From: Clostridiaceae bacterium
GTDB lineage: Bacteria; Bacillota; Clostridia; Clostridiales; Clostridiaceae
Length of the DNA: 64,000 nucleotides
Direction: 5' to 3'
NCBI GenBank assembly: GCA_036677675.1
Contig: JAVBWC010000042.1
Coordinates: forward strand, 354-64,353
Part shown: positions 42,809 to 52,700 of the stretch, piece by piece
Layout of the letters: the number at the start of each line of letters is the position of its first letter
Position numbering within the stretch: the first letter of the stretch is position 1
Made by a program: the position numbers and the translations under genes
The notes under the pieces: generated by a model
The model's input: the letters and a program-made list of their open reading frames with translations, nothing else
The model's database searches: none
What the model was told of the DNA's origin: nothing

Positions 42809-43489
42809 CTATTTGAGAAGAGGACAACCACACCTGAAACACTTATCATTTTTTATTTCATTTAATGACCCGCAGGCATTGCAAAAAATAATGCTGTCCC
42901 TTGATTTGTCATACTTTTCATAGGTATTCAAACCTTTATGATGGCGAACTCTATCGCCAATTTCAAAATAGTTAAAGACAGTATCATCATCTTCCTGTGT
43001 TATTACATAAGTTTTACCGCTGTTACTCTTTATAAAGACAGTATATGCAACATACCGCTGCCAGTAATTTCTGTTACCTGACTTCCGTTTTCTTTTCTTA
43101 TTTTCTATTTTCTTGTCAACGACAATACCATCCCAGGTTGTACCTTTATTTCTTCCAATACTCTGAAATAGTGCAATTACCAAGAACATTCCTCCAATAC
43201 CTAATCCGATGAAAAGAGCTTCAGGATTTTCCATCTCAGAACTTGTTTCTCCATAAATATAAAATCCTACCACTGCAGCAACAGCCAGTATTGATGCAAA
43301 GAGATATGACCACGTTTTACTGTTTTTAATATATTTTGCAAAAGCAGGATCCGTTATTCTGGCAGAATAGCCAATTAAATTCCCGCCTGATTTTTCCTCT
43401 TTATCCGCTGCCTCTGATATAGGACTGCCACATTCTGTGCAAAACCTGATATTTTTAGGTGAATCCGAGCCACATTTAGGACAAAGCAT
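42809..43489 (-). CDS. Membrane protein with N- and C-terminal zinc ribbons
   Basis: CPKCG..CTECG at N-terminus, two TM helices, CNACG..CFRCG at C-terminus; ATG at 43489 after AAGGAG. Confidence 0.8.
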   Translation of the reverse strand: MLCPKCGSDSPKNIRFCTECGSPISEAADKEEKSGGNLIGYSARITDPAFAKYIKNSKTWSYLFASILAVAAVVGFYIYGETSSEMENPEALFIGLGIGGMFLVIALFQSIGRNKGTTWDGIVVDKKIENKKRKRKSGNRNYWQRYVAYTVFIKSNSGKTYVITQEDDDTVFNYFEIGDRVRHHKGLNTYEKYDKSRDSIIFCNACGSLNEIKNDKCFRCGCPLLK

Positions 43490-43557
43490 AAAATCCACTC
43501 CTTTCATACAACTAAGAATCAGATAGGTTGAAACTCCACCTGATTCAAGTTTTTACT

Positions 43558-45471
43558 TTATCTTCCGCCATAGCTAGAGCCGCCTCCGCCACCTCCACCG
43601 CCGGAGGAAAATCCGCCTCCTCCGCCGGAACCGTAAGATGATTTACTGACAGCTGCCTGAGCACTTTTAATAGAATCATCTATGGAATCTGAAATATCCT
43701 TAAAGGAATTTTCCATTGAATTGAATCCGCCAATATGTCCATAAGTATACCAGCCATAGCCGAAATGATAATCACCATCCTGCATATTGGGAAATACCAG
43801 CTCCAATTGCTTGATAACCTCACGGGCAACACCTAGAGTAACCGCATAAACGAGATAATGTTCCCAAATAATCAGGCTAGGTATCTCATACTTATCCATT
43901 TGGGAAAAATCCATTAAAAAACATCGAAAAGCCTGCCATTTCACATAATCTTCCTGTCCAAAAGGAGATCGTCTTTTAAATGACTTAGGTACAAAAATAA
44001 ATATTGCTCCTGCAATTACTATTCCAACACCTAGCAATGTGGCCTTTTTCATAAAAATAGAACCTGTTATAAAAAGAGCTAGCCCTCCGATTACAGTGAA
44101 AAATGGCATATTCCCACTGTGGTCAAAAAATTTAAATTTATCTGCCTGTGCATTTATTCCTGCAGTCCACTGCTGCCAGAATTCATAGAAATCTCCATTC
44201 TTGTCTTTTGCATACTTTTCTATATCATATAGATATATGAACTCCCTACCTTCTGCCAAAGTATTGCGCAGATAATCAATTAATTCAGATTCATGTTCCC
44301 GTAAAACTGCTTCCTCAGACTTTCTTAAATCAGCAGGTTTCGGTGGTTCAAGAAAAGTAATACGATATGTCTTTTCATCTTTGCTGCCAAAGAACTTCTT
44401 TACTTCTATATATTCTTCTTCAATACGAAGGAACTTCCTTCTTGCAAGGTCAAGTATAGTAGCAGTTAAATCCTTACCTTTTATCTTTTTATTATTCCAT
44501 AATACGCTAAGTTCTGCAGGGCTGTAATTCCCAGGCAGCTCACGATAATAATCCCCTTGAAATTCAACAGGGTGAGCTTTTCCATATTTACGCCAGAGAA
44601 AAAACATTGCAAAAATTGATCCTAGAGGAATTGCAAAAGTGCCACCTGTTTCCATACGGTCAATCCATCTCTGACGATTGGCATCCTTTGCCCATTTTTC
44701 TTCTTCAGATAATATGGTTGATAATGCCGACTTTCCTGTATGGACTTCAGAAGGAGCATTAGGAAATAAAGCCCTTGGCATAATTACTCTTCCTTCAACA
44801 AAAGTGCTTGTCGGTAAATTTTTCACCTTAAAAACCACAGTACTTGTATCTGTAAAATTAACCTCTCCCTGAAGAGGTCCATGTCCCCATATTCTTATAT
44901 CCTGACCCTGTTTATACTTTTCGGCACCAACTGGAAGTTTCAAAATTACTTTCACATCTCCAACCTTGTTCTTATTCTCATCACCGATAAATTTCCTGTA
45001 TAACTCTGCAACATCATTATGAACTTTAACAGCATTCACAACTTTATAGGAAACATCAAAGGTCTTTTTTTGATCCTTTGCATTAATACTCCAGTCAATA
45101 AGCACTTTATCATATTGTCTCTTTACAAGGAAAGTTCCTGGGGGACCATATTCAGTACTGGAGTTGAATTTATAGACTTCTCCATTTTCGCTTACAGTTA
45201 CCTCTTCAATTGGTGTACTTCCCTGTGGGATGTTTATATAAAAACCATTCCACTGACCAGAAAAATTAATTGTAAGCTTTTCTGTAACCTTCATAGAAGC
45301 ATCCGGCAAAACCTCAGCATTGATTTGTATATCTTCAATATCAAAACTACGTGCCTGAACTTTTTCCGAAGCAAAGGATTGAATTAACAATATTCCGAAA
45401 AATATAACCACTAATACTCTTAATTTTGATTTAAAAAAGAATGTTCTTTTATTCAATAAGTTTTGAAACAT
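43558..45471 (-). CDS. DUF2207-type membrane protein with Gly/Ser-rich tail
   Basis: Signal peptide, extracellular beta domain (IWGHGPL), YYRELP, WEHYLVYAVTLGV and GGGFSSGGGGGGGGS motifs. Confidence 0.85.
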   Translation of the reverse strand: MFQNLLNKRTFFFKSKLRVLVVIFFGILLIQSFASEKVQARSFDIEDIQINAEVLPDASMKVTEKLTINFSGQWNGFYINIPQGSTPIEEVTVSENGEVYKFNSSTEYGPPGTFLVKRQYDKVLIDWSINAKDQKKTFDVSYKVVNAVKVHNDVAELYRKFIGDENKNKVGDVKVILKLPVGAEKYKQGQDIRIWGHGPLQGEVNFTDTSTVVFKVKNLPTSTFVEGRVIMPRALFPNAPSEVHTGKSALSTILSEEEKWAKDANRQRWIDRMETGGTFAIPLGSIFAMFFLWRKYGKAHPVEFQGDYYRELPGNYSPAELSVLWNNKKIKGKDLTATILDLARRKFLRIEEEYIEVKKFFGSKDEKTYRITFLEPPKPADLRKSEEAVLREHESELIDYLRNTLAEGREFIYLYDIEKYAKDKNGDFYEFWQQWTAGINAQADKFKFFDHSGNMPFFTVIGGLALFITGSIFMKKATLLGVGIVIAGAIFIFVPKSFKRRSPFGQEDYVKWQAFRCFLMDFSQMDKYEIPSLIIWEHYLVYAVTLGVAREVIKQLELVFPNMQDGDYHFGYGWYTYGHIGGFNSMENSFKDISDSIDDSIKSAQAAVSKSSYGSGGGGGFSSGGGGGGGGSSYGGR

Positions 45472-45613
45472 TTTTACCTCCCTCCTTCTAAATCCTAAGG
45501 ATAGCATAAGTGGAATCAGTTCCTTTAGCTTTACCAGTTACCTTATCAATCTATCCACCCAAAAGATATTACAAATGGAATCAGCCCCTAAAATAAAGTG
45601 GGCTGGCTCCAAC

Positions 45614-46174
45614 TTAGAATTTAACCTGGATATTTTCTCTTGCCTCAGTTTCTCCTTGCAGTGTAAAATACTCTACTATTTGAAAGCCCATCATTCCTGC
45701 TACAAGGTTAGATGGGAATAATTCTATTTTAGTATTAAACTTCTGTACAATATCATTATAAAATTGGCGAGAAAAAGCAATTTTGCTTTCAGTGTCACTA
45801 AGCTCATTCTGCAGCTTCATGAAGTTACCATTAGCCTTTAAATCGGGATAAGCTTCCGCCACTGCAAACAAAGATTTCAATGCTCCGCTCAGCATATTTT
45901 CCGCTTTGGTATGTTCCGCTATAGTTCCTGCTGATATAGCCATATTTCTTGCCTGTGTCACTTTTTCCAAAACTTCTTTTTCATAATCCGCATATCCTTT
46001 TACTGTGTTTATGAGATTAGGAATCAGGTCATACCTTCTCTTAAGCTGCACATCTACCTGAGACCATGAATTCTGAACTCTTTGTCTCAATTGCACTAGG
46101 CTGTTATAAGTGCTGATAAGAAATATTGCTAAAACAATCATAACTACTGCTGCAACAATAATATATATATTCAT
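45614..46174 (-). CDS. lemA: LemA family protein (second copy)
   Basis: WSQVDVQLKRRYDLIPNL, AEAYPDLKA and SRQFYND motifs. Confidence 0.92.
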   Translation of the reverse strand: MNIYIIVAAVVMIVLAIFLISTYNSLVQLRQRVQNSWSQVDVQLKRRYDLIPNLINTVKGYADYEKEVLEKVTQARNMAISAGTIAEHTKAENMLSGALKSLFAVAEAYPDLKANGNFMKLQNELSDTESKIAFSRQFYNDIVQKFNTKIELFPSNLVAGMMGFQIVEYFTLQGETEARENIQVKF

Positions 46175-46221
46175 ATAAACACCCCTTAATTTATTAATAT
46201 ATGTTAAAACTAGACTTTTTC

Positions 46222-47382
46222 TTATTGCTGGGTTCTATCATCTTTAATCCCAGAATAGTTTGGTGCCCATTTCTTAACTGCAGTTTCTGCTTCTGCTGTA
46301 CCTATTGTACTGAATCCAGTAAGTTTAAGATACTCCTGCCCCTCTTGGGAACTTTTCTGCATTATTTTTCCCATTCCCGGTGCAAAATAATTTATTGTTT
46401 TTACACCTACCGCCTGGTTATTTTCTTCAACCATAAGACAGTTTGGCACAGTTGTGAATCCAAGATTCAAAGTAACACCAACTTCTGCAACCTTCCATAC
46501 TATACTGCCGTTCTGATCTTTATATTCCCAGGTTTGGCCTACTATAAGATTGTTTTTCAATACAGGAAAAATTTCCATCGGAGTATTATCATAAATTAAA
46601 TAGGTTCCGTCAGCCCTCTCCACGTAGTGTGTACTAAATCCCATAGCCTCACCCTGTTCCTGAATAATCTCCACTTCGCTCATCAATACAGCTTCATTTG
46701 GAACAACCTTTGTACTGATACGTTCCATTGTACCAGAAGCTCCATCTGGATAGTTTACATAGAACGTACATTTTAATCCTGCTTTAGGCAAATAGGTTGC
46801 AGCACGACTTAAATCCGGCTTTGTCGTTGTGCCATTGTTCTTAGATCCAGAAGTGTTTTGTTCTATATTTTGATTTGCAGTATCTCCTGTGTTTTGGCTT
46901 GTACCCTGCTGAGTAGTTTGTTCCGTATTTTGCTGCGTTGATACATTGCCTGTTGGATTTTTCCCACGAGAAAACCACCAGTAAAGCCCTCCTCCAGCAC
47001 CGAAAGCCACTGCCAGTATTATTATCACTATAACAAGAGCCCGTTTGCTTTCATGATTATTCAGAGATGGTTCTTTAGAATTTGCCTGTCCCTTCATTTT
47101 CTGATTTACATAGCCACCAGATGAAGGAACAGCTGTATCACCTGACTGAGCAGCTGATCTAACTCCACCATCGGAGGTATTTCCTTCAGCATATGAATCT
47201 ACTTTTGGAATAACAACTGTATCCCCTTTACTTCTAACTGTATTATCAACCTCAACTGATTCTTTCTGCGATTCAGCTGAAGCACTGCTTGCCTCTTTAG
47301 TATCAAAGCCGCAATCTCCACAGAATCTTTCGCCAGGTATAAGTTCACTGCCACACTGGGGACAAAATTTATAATCATCCAT
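46222..47382 (-). CDS. Zinc-ribbon / TM / extracellular beta-rich domain protein
   Basis: CPQCG..CGDCG, low-complexity linker, single TM, Q/T/N-rich stalk, C-terminal domain ending YFAPGMGKI. Confidence 0.75.
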   Translation of the reverse strand: MDDYKFCPQCGSELIPGERFCGDCGFDTKEASSASAESQKESVEVDNTVRSKGDTVVIPKVDSYAEGNTSDGGVRSAAQSGDTAVPSSGGYVNQKMKGQANSKEPSLNNHESKRALVIVIIILAVAFGAGGGLYWWFSRGKNPTGNVSTQQNTEQTTQQGTSQNTGDTANQNIEQNTSGSKNNGTTTKPDLSRAATYLPKAGLKCTFYVNYPDGASGTMERISTKVVPNEAVLMSEVEIIQEQGEAMGFSTHYVERADGTYLIYDNTPMEIFPVLKNNLIVGQTWEYKDQNGSIVWKVAEVGVTLNLGFTTVPNCLMVEENNQAVGVKTINYFAPGMGKIMQKSSQEGQEYLKLTGFSTIGTAEAETAVKKWAPNYSGIKDDRTQQ

Positions 47383-47494
47383 TTCTTTTCCTCCTTATAC
47401 TTGTCTGCAATTTCTTCTTTATCCATTTGCTCATGGTCAATGTTTAATTCCTATATAATACAGCCATTAGTCATAAATCTATATTCTCTCTTTT

Positions 47495-48607
47495 TTATAA
47501 CTTTGCCCCACAGTTGGTGCAAAATTTTTTACCAGGATAAAGTTTACTACCACAGTGACCACAGTATTTAGACTTTCTGTCATTATTAACAGGTGGTTTA
47601 ACTGAATCTTCCGAAGAATACTGGTATAAAGTCTTAATCCACTTCTGAAGAGTTGATGCCACTGCATCCCTTTTGAGAGCCTCATGTCTGAACCTATAAT
47701 TCATGCCATCTACAGCTTCCAGAATAACCATGTGGTTTGTAAAAGCAGTAGATGCCATAAACATCTGTGATAAAGTCTTTTCCTGTCCATTTACAAGACT
47801 GCTTACCTCCAGTCCTATTGAGCCAATCCAGCTGGTTAGAAATTCATTTCCCATTGCTATCCCCTTGTCTGCCATGGTAAGGATAAGCTTGCCATCCCCT
47901 GTCACAAATCCTAATTCCTGAAGTTTCTTAATATGCTCCTGCTTTAAAGAAAGTTTTCCCCTTCTCAATCCTGGAGCAACCTTGAACAATGAAGGCAAAG
48001 ACCATCTTATATCGCTGCTTGCCAGTGATTGTTTTAGAAGTTTAACAAAATCCGTTGTGCTTATAGAAACCTCTCCCATATTTCTATAAGCAAACATACT
48101 CTCCATATAGTAACGCTTATAAATATCAAGGCTATGCAATATACAAACCAGAACTTCTATATCAAGGATGTCCGGAAATATGGATTTGTAATTATCCATA
48201 CCCTCAGAAGCATAAACACCTGTCCACCACTTCCAAAAGGCCTTTTCATCATTAAAGAGCATAAGTATAATCTCTCCTTGACTATTTGTAAATTGCATTA
48301 AAACACTGCTGTCCTTTGAAGAAAAAAATACATAATATTGTTCAATAGCTGCAAAATTTCCTCCCATTCGAAAACTAATTTTAATATCTGGTTCCAATAG
48401 ATCCCGTGCAATTTTAGGGAAAACAGGACTTTCCGTCAATGATTTAAAACCTTGTGAAGCACTGCTTACAGCTGCCTGTTCACCATTATATCGAAAAATT
48501 GATAAATTATTTCCCTTTAAACCAGATCTTCGAAATAAATGATTAACATCTCCGGGAACCAGCGTAAAGACTGCAGTATCAGCTGAAACATCTTTATTAA
48601 CTTCCAT
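47495..48607 (-). CDS. Unknown cytoplasmic protein with C-terminal zinc ribbon; paralog of 48679-49701
   Basis: Shared motifs LH[SA][LI]D, DIRWxLPS and GxEF..xW; ends CGHCG..CTNCG; GGAGG RBS. Confidence 0.75.
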   Translation of the reverse strand: MEVNKDVSADTAVFTLVPGDVNHLFRRSGLKGNNLSIFRYNGEQAAVSSASQGFKSLTESPVFPKIARDLLEPDIKISFRMGGNFAAIEQYYVFFSSKDSSVLMQFTNSQGEIILMLFNDEKAFWKWWTGVYASEGMDNYKSIFPDILDIEVLVCILHSLDIYKRYYMESMFAYRNMGEVSISTTDFVKLLKQSLASSDIRWSLPSLFKVAPGLRRGKLSLKQEHIKKLQELGFVTGDGKLILTMADKGIAMGNEFLTSWIGSIGLEVSSLVNGQEKTLSQMFMASTAFTNHMVILEAVDGMNYRFRHEALKRDAVASTLQKWIKTLYQYSSEDSVKPPVNNDRKSKYCGHCGSKLYPGKKFCTNCGAKL

Positions 48608-48678
48608 TTAAATTCCTCCTGCCACTCATTCATTATGATTAACACTTTATCTACAAATACTTTTTAATAAATTCTTTT

Positions 48679-49701
48679 TCAATACGCAGATACAGCCATA
48701 GTAAAAGCCTTGTTAAACAGCTCACCTAACTTTATCTCAAGCTGTTCCTTTGTATAAGTCTGATGATTGACCATAACCGTGCCATTCTCTAAGGTTTTCA
48801 ACTGTACAAAATGATTTCCAATAGCCGTTGGTGCATTAAAAAGCCTTTCCACTGCTACAAATCCATCTGATGTAGACACATTAATTTCAAAACCTGAAGA
48901 CATCATCCAGAATCTAAAGAACTCCACTCCCATGCTAAGACCGCCCTCTCCAAAAGCAAGGACAAGTTCCTTGCTTTTTGCAAGCCTTGCATTTTCCATT
49001 ATGCCTTCTTCCACCAGGAATGCTGCATTTTCAGCGGTTATATTTAATTTATATTTCTCAAAACCTGGAAGGACTGCCATAAAAGAAGGAAGAAGCCAGC
49101 GTATATCCTTGCTTTTAATTGAATCGACCATTGTTTGAGTAAATTCTGTATATTTTACATAGGTTTTTTTTGTATATATATGATTCAGTAAGTTTCTATA
49201 AGAAACCATTCTGAATGAATCAATTGCATGAAGTAGAAATAAAAACTGTTCCATAGTGACTTCCATAGGTAAATAATTTTCCACAGGCTCCTCATTTTTA
49301 CCAGCAAAATTTCTCATCCACCATGACAGATATGCCTTATAATTCTCATAGAGCTGAATGTCACAGGTTCCATCTGCTGCCTTAGCAGTGGCAACTACAT
49401 AAGCTCCCTCACTCTTTTTCCTATGAATCCTAACTTCACTTATCCCCATACTGCCTCCGCCAATTCGATTTACTACATACAAATCCGGTTGAGAAGCAAT
49501 ACGTATGGCACGTAGAAAATCTTCATTCTCCAGCAACTCATTATAATCACATTCCAGGTTACTGTCCGACTGTGTTTCAATGGGTTCCGCTGTAAAAAAA
49601 GCGGAACCACTATTTGGCACAATCCCAAGTACATCTGTCAATAGCTTTCTTAAGTCTCCCTGATTTATTTGAAAGATTAAAGCTTCCTTACTACTTGGCA
49701 T
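48679..49701 (-). CDS. Unknown cytoplasmic protein; paralog of 47495-48607
   Basis: 340-aa ORF with AGGAGA RBS directly downstream of the giant gene; same shared motifs, no zinc ribbon. Confidence 0.75.
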   Translation of the reverse strand: MPSSKEALIFQINQGDLRKLLTDVLGIVPNSGSAFFTAEPIETQSDSNLECDYNELLENEDFLRAIRIASQPDLYVVNRIGGGSMGISEVRIHRKKSEGAYVVATAKAADGTCDIQLYENYKAYLSWWMRNFAGKNEEPVENYLPMEVTMEQFLFLLHAIDSFRMVSYRNLLNHIYTKKTYVKYTEFTQTMVDSIKSKDIRWLLPSFMAVLPGFEKYKLNITAENAAFLVEEGIMENARLAKSKELVLAFGEGGLSMGVEFFRFWMMSSGFEINVSTSDGFVAVERLFNAPTAIGNHFVQLKTLENGTVMVNHQTYTKEQLEIKLGELFNKAFTMAVSAY

Positions 49702-49733
49702 TTATATACATCTCCTTCTACTTATAGACTTTA

Positions 49734-52700
49734 CTATTTCAATTTCTGCATACTCTCAAATATAGACGATACTTCTTCAGATACTTTCTTTGGTGTTAAT
49801 CCCATACTTTTCAGGATCTTTTCTGCTTCTACAGCACTTATTCCTCCCTGTGGCTTTCCTACTTTCTCCATAACCTTAATAGCTGTAAACAAATCATCCG
49901 GTACTTCCAATGGGTTTTTACCCTTTGCCATATTCTCCAAATTTTTTGCTTTAATCTGCTCAAGAATCTGGTTGTTGAACTGTTTCGTTGTCTGACGCAT
50001 TGATTCTTCACTCCAGCTTTCAGCCTTTGCAAGATCTCCAAAGTGCTTTCTTACTTCAGCCGCTTGATTTTCCCATTCGTTTGCTTTGAATTCTATTGTC
50101 TTAGTGCCCGCTTCAAGGTCATTAAGTTTTTTTACAGATCCATCTTTCTTAAGCATTTCTTTCAAGTCAAAATCTCCACCGCCATAACCCTCAGCTGAGG
50201 TATGATCAACTGCAGAAACATCCATTTCCTTTGAAAATTTATTTACAGCATCATCATCAACAATGAAGGTTTTACCATCTTTATCCAGTTTCATAGGAAG
50301 CTTACCATCATGGAATTGTTTATAATACTCTTCACCAAAAATCTTTTTTGTTTCAGAAGCTGGAATATCTTTATAAATTGGTGTTCTGACTCCTGTCTTC
50401 GGATCAACATATTCCCCAACCTGAACACGATAGGTTTTGTCGATGTCATAGCTGACTTTTTTACCATCAACTTCACCAATATTAATATCTTTTTCTGTAT
50501 ACTTCCCTGCCTCAGTACCTGTAGTCCGCTGTGCACCTGAATTCTTTTTAGCAAATCCCCTTGGATCAGCTTTTCCTGAAGTATCCATGGTGTTAGTAGC
50601 CCCTACAGTTTTTACCTGTTCCTCTTTGACTCCATACTCTCTTGCAATACGTTCTTTTGCATTCCTGTCAGCAACTTCAGCCTTTTCCTTCATATTTGCA
50701 TTAAAAGTTTTACGAACATCATCTCCGCTTTCCATATCATTTTGTGCAGCTTTCTTTGCATCTTGAAATGCTTTTTTTGTCTCATCCGTTGGATTCTTTA
50801 CATATTCGCTTCTTGCCTTCTTAAGTTTATCAGCATTGGTTTCCAAATCATTTAAGGAATGCATAGCATGTTTATCCTTTTGTACCGCTTCCATAGCCTC
50901 CTGATATGCTTTTCTTGCATCTGCAGAATCTGGATTCTGAACAAGATTTTTCTGAGCTTCTCTTAATTTATCAACTTTTTTTGCACCCTCTTCTCTGCCT
51001 TTCCAGAATGCCTCATCTCGTAAATCTTCTATTTTTTTCATAGCATGTTTATCTTTTTCCACAGCCTCCAAAGCCTTTTTATATGCCTGTTTGGCTTCTG
51101 CAGAATTTGGGTTTTCAGCAAGCTTTATTGATGCATCTTTTAATTTATCAACCTTTTCAGCTCCAGCTTTCTGAGCCTTTACGAAAGCTTCATCCTTAAG
51201 ATTTGTTTCCATAGTCTGCTTCTCGTATTTTTTGAAGTCATCAATCAGACTATCTGCTTTTTTAGAAGCTTCCTTAGCCTGTACATTGATTTTTGCACTT
51301 TCCACTTTATATCGAGCTTCTTTTTGTGCTTTTGCTATTGAGGCTTTCATTACATCATCACTGGCTTCTGCAGCTGCTTTGCCACCTGTCTTTTTAGCAG
51401 CGGCTCCAAGTACATCATCCACCAAACCTGCCTTTTTAGCACCAGCTCCAATCAGGTCATCTACCACCCCTGAAATTTTACCGGCACCACTCTTAATAAC
51501 AGCACCTCCCTGACCTAATGTCAGAATACTTGTATATAGTTTTCCTGTTCCAACTAAAACCTGTCCTATCCGGCTTGTAAGAGATCTGTTCGGATCAAGG
51601 GCATTTTCAAAGTTATTTCCCCCTAATTGTTCTTTAGCAAATTCCCATACCTTTTCAGGATCAGTTACTGTATTATAAACTCCTTTGGTTATTGCAGCAC
51701 CGGTTTTCAATATTGTCTTTCCAGTTTCAATCGTTGCTTTCTTTGTATTTTCCCAAGCCTCTTCAGGATTATTGTAAATGTAGGATACAGTATCCTCTGC
51801 AGCTTCTTCGGCGTCCTTCAATGCTTTCTTAGTACCCTCATAAGTATCATTAACAACTTTCTGAGTGCCTACATAAGCATCCTGAATATTCTGTACTGCT
51901 CCTTTTAGTCCGCCATCCCAAATATTTTTTGCAGTTTGCAGAACATCACTTCCTGCTTCTGCTGTAGTATCGGCAACATAAACTGCCGCATCTTTTACAT
52001 CCTTAGCTGTTTCCACTATATCTTTACCTGCATTTGCTGCTGTATGTGCAAGGATACTTCCCCAGCTGTTAGCTTTTTCCGCCTGCTGCTGTTCCCATTC
52101 CAGATGCTGCTGCTCCCATTTCAGCTGTTCCATATTTCGTTTGTCAATTTCTTTCTGTATAGCATCAATTTCAGCCTTAGAATCCTTTTTAATTTTGTCA
52201 AGGGCCTGCTGCATAGCACTCTGGCCGGTTTTTTCAAGTTCATCGTTTCGCTGTATATAATCCTGATAGTCCTTAATTTGCTGTTCTAAATTTTTCTGAT
52301 GTGCTTCAAGATCAATTACTGCTCCTGTCTCTGAATCAACCCACTGACCTGTGGTCGGATCCTTCACAACCAGTGTCTGCGCACCATGTACAGATGTTGT
52401 AATAACCATAGATTCCGGTTCCTGTGGAACTTCTTCTGTCTGCGATGCTTCTGATATTTTATCAGCTTCCTGCTGAATATCTGAAGATTCTGGCACTGAG
52501 GTTGAATCTGATGATGTCTGAATATTTTCTGTATCTGATTCCGGTATATCCTCTTCTGGAATTGGCAGACCTGATGCTTTCCCCTCTTCTCCTACTCCAT
52601 GATTCTTCAAGGTATTCATCGGATCTTCCGGTCCTATAATACCTGAATCACTTTCCGGAGACTCCGGAGTAATTTTTGAAACCTCATCTGCAGTTGAGAC

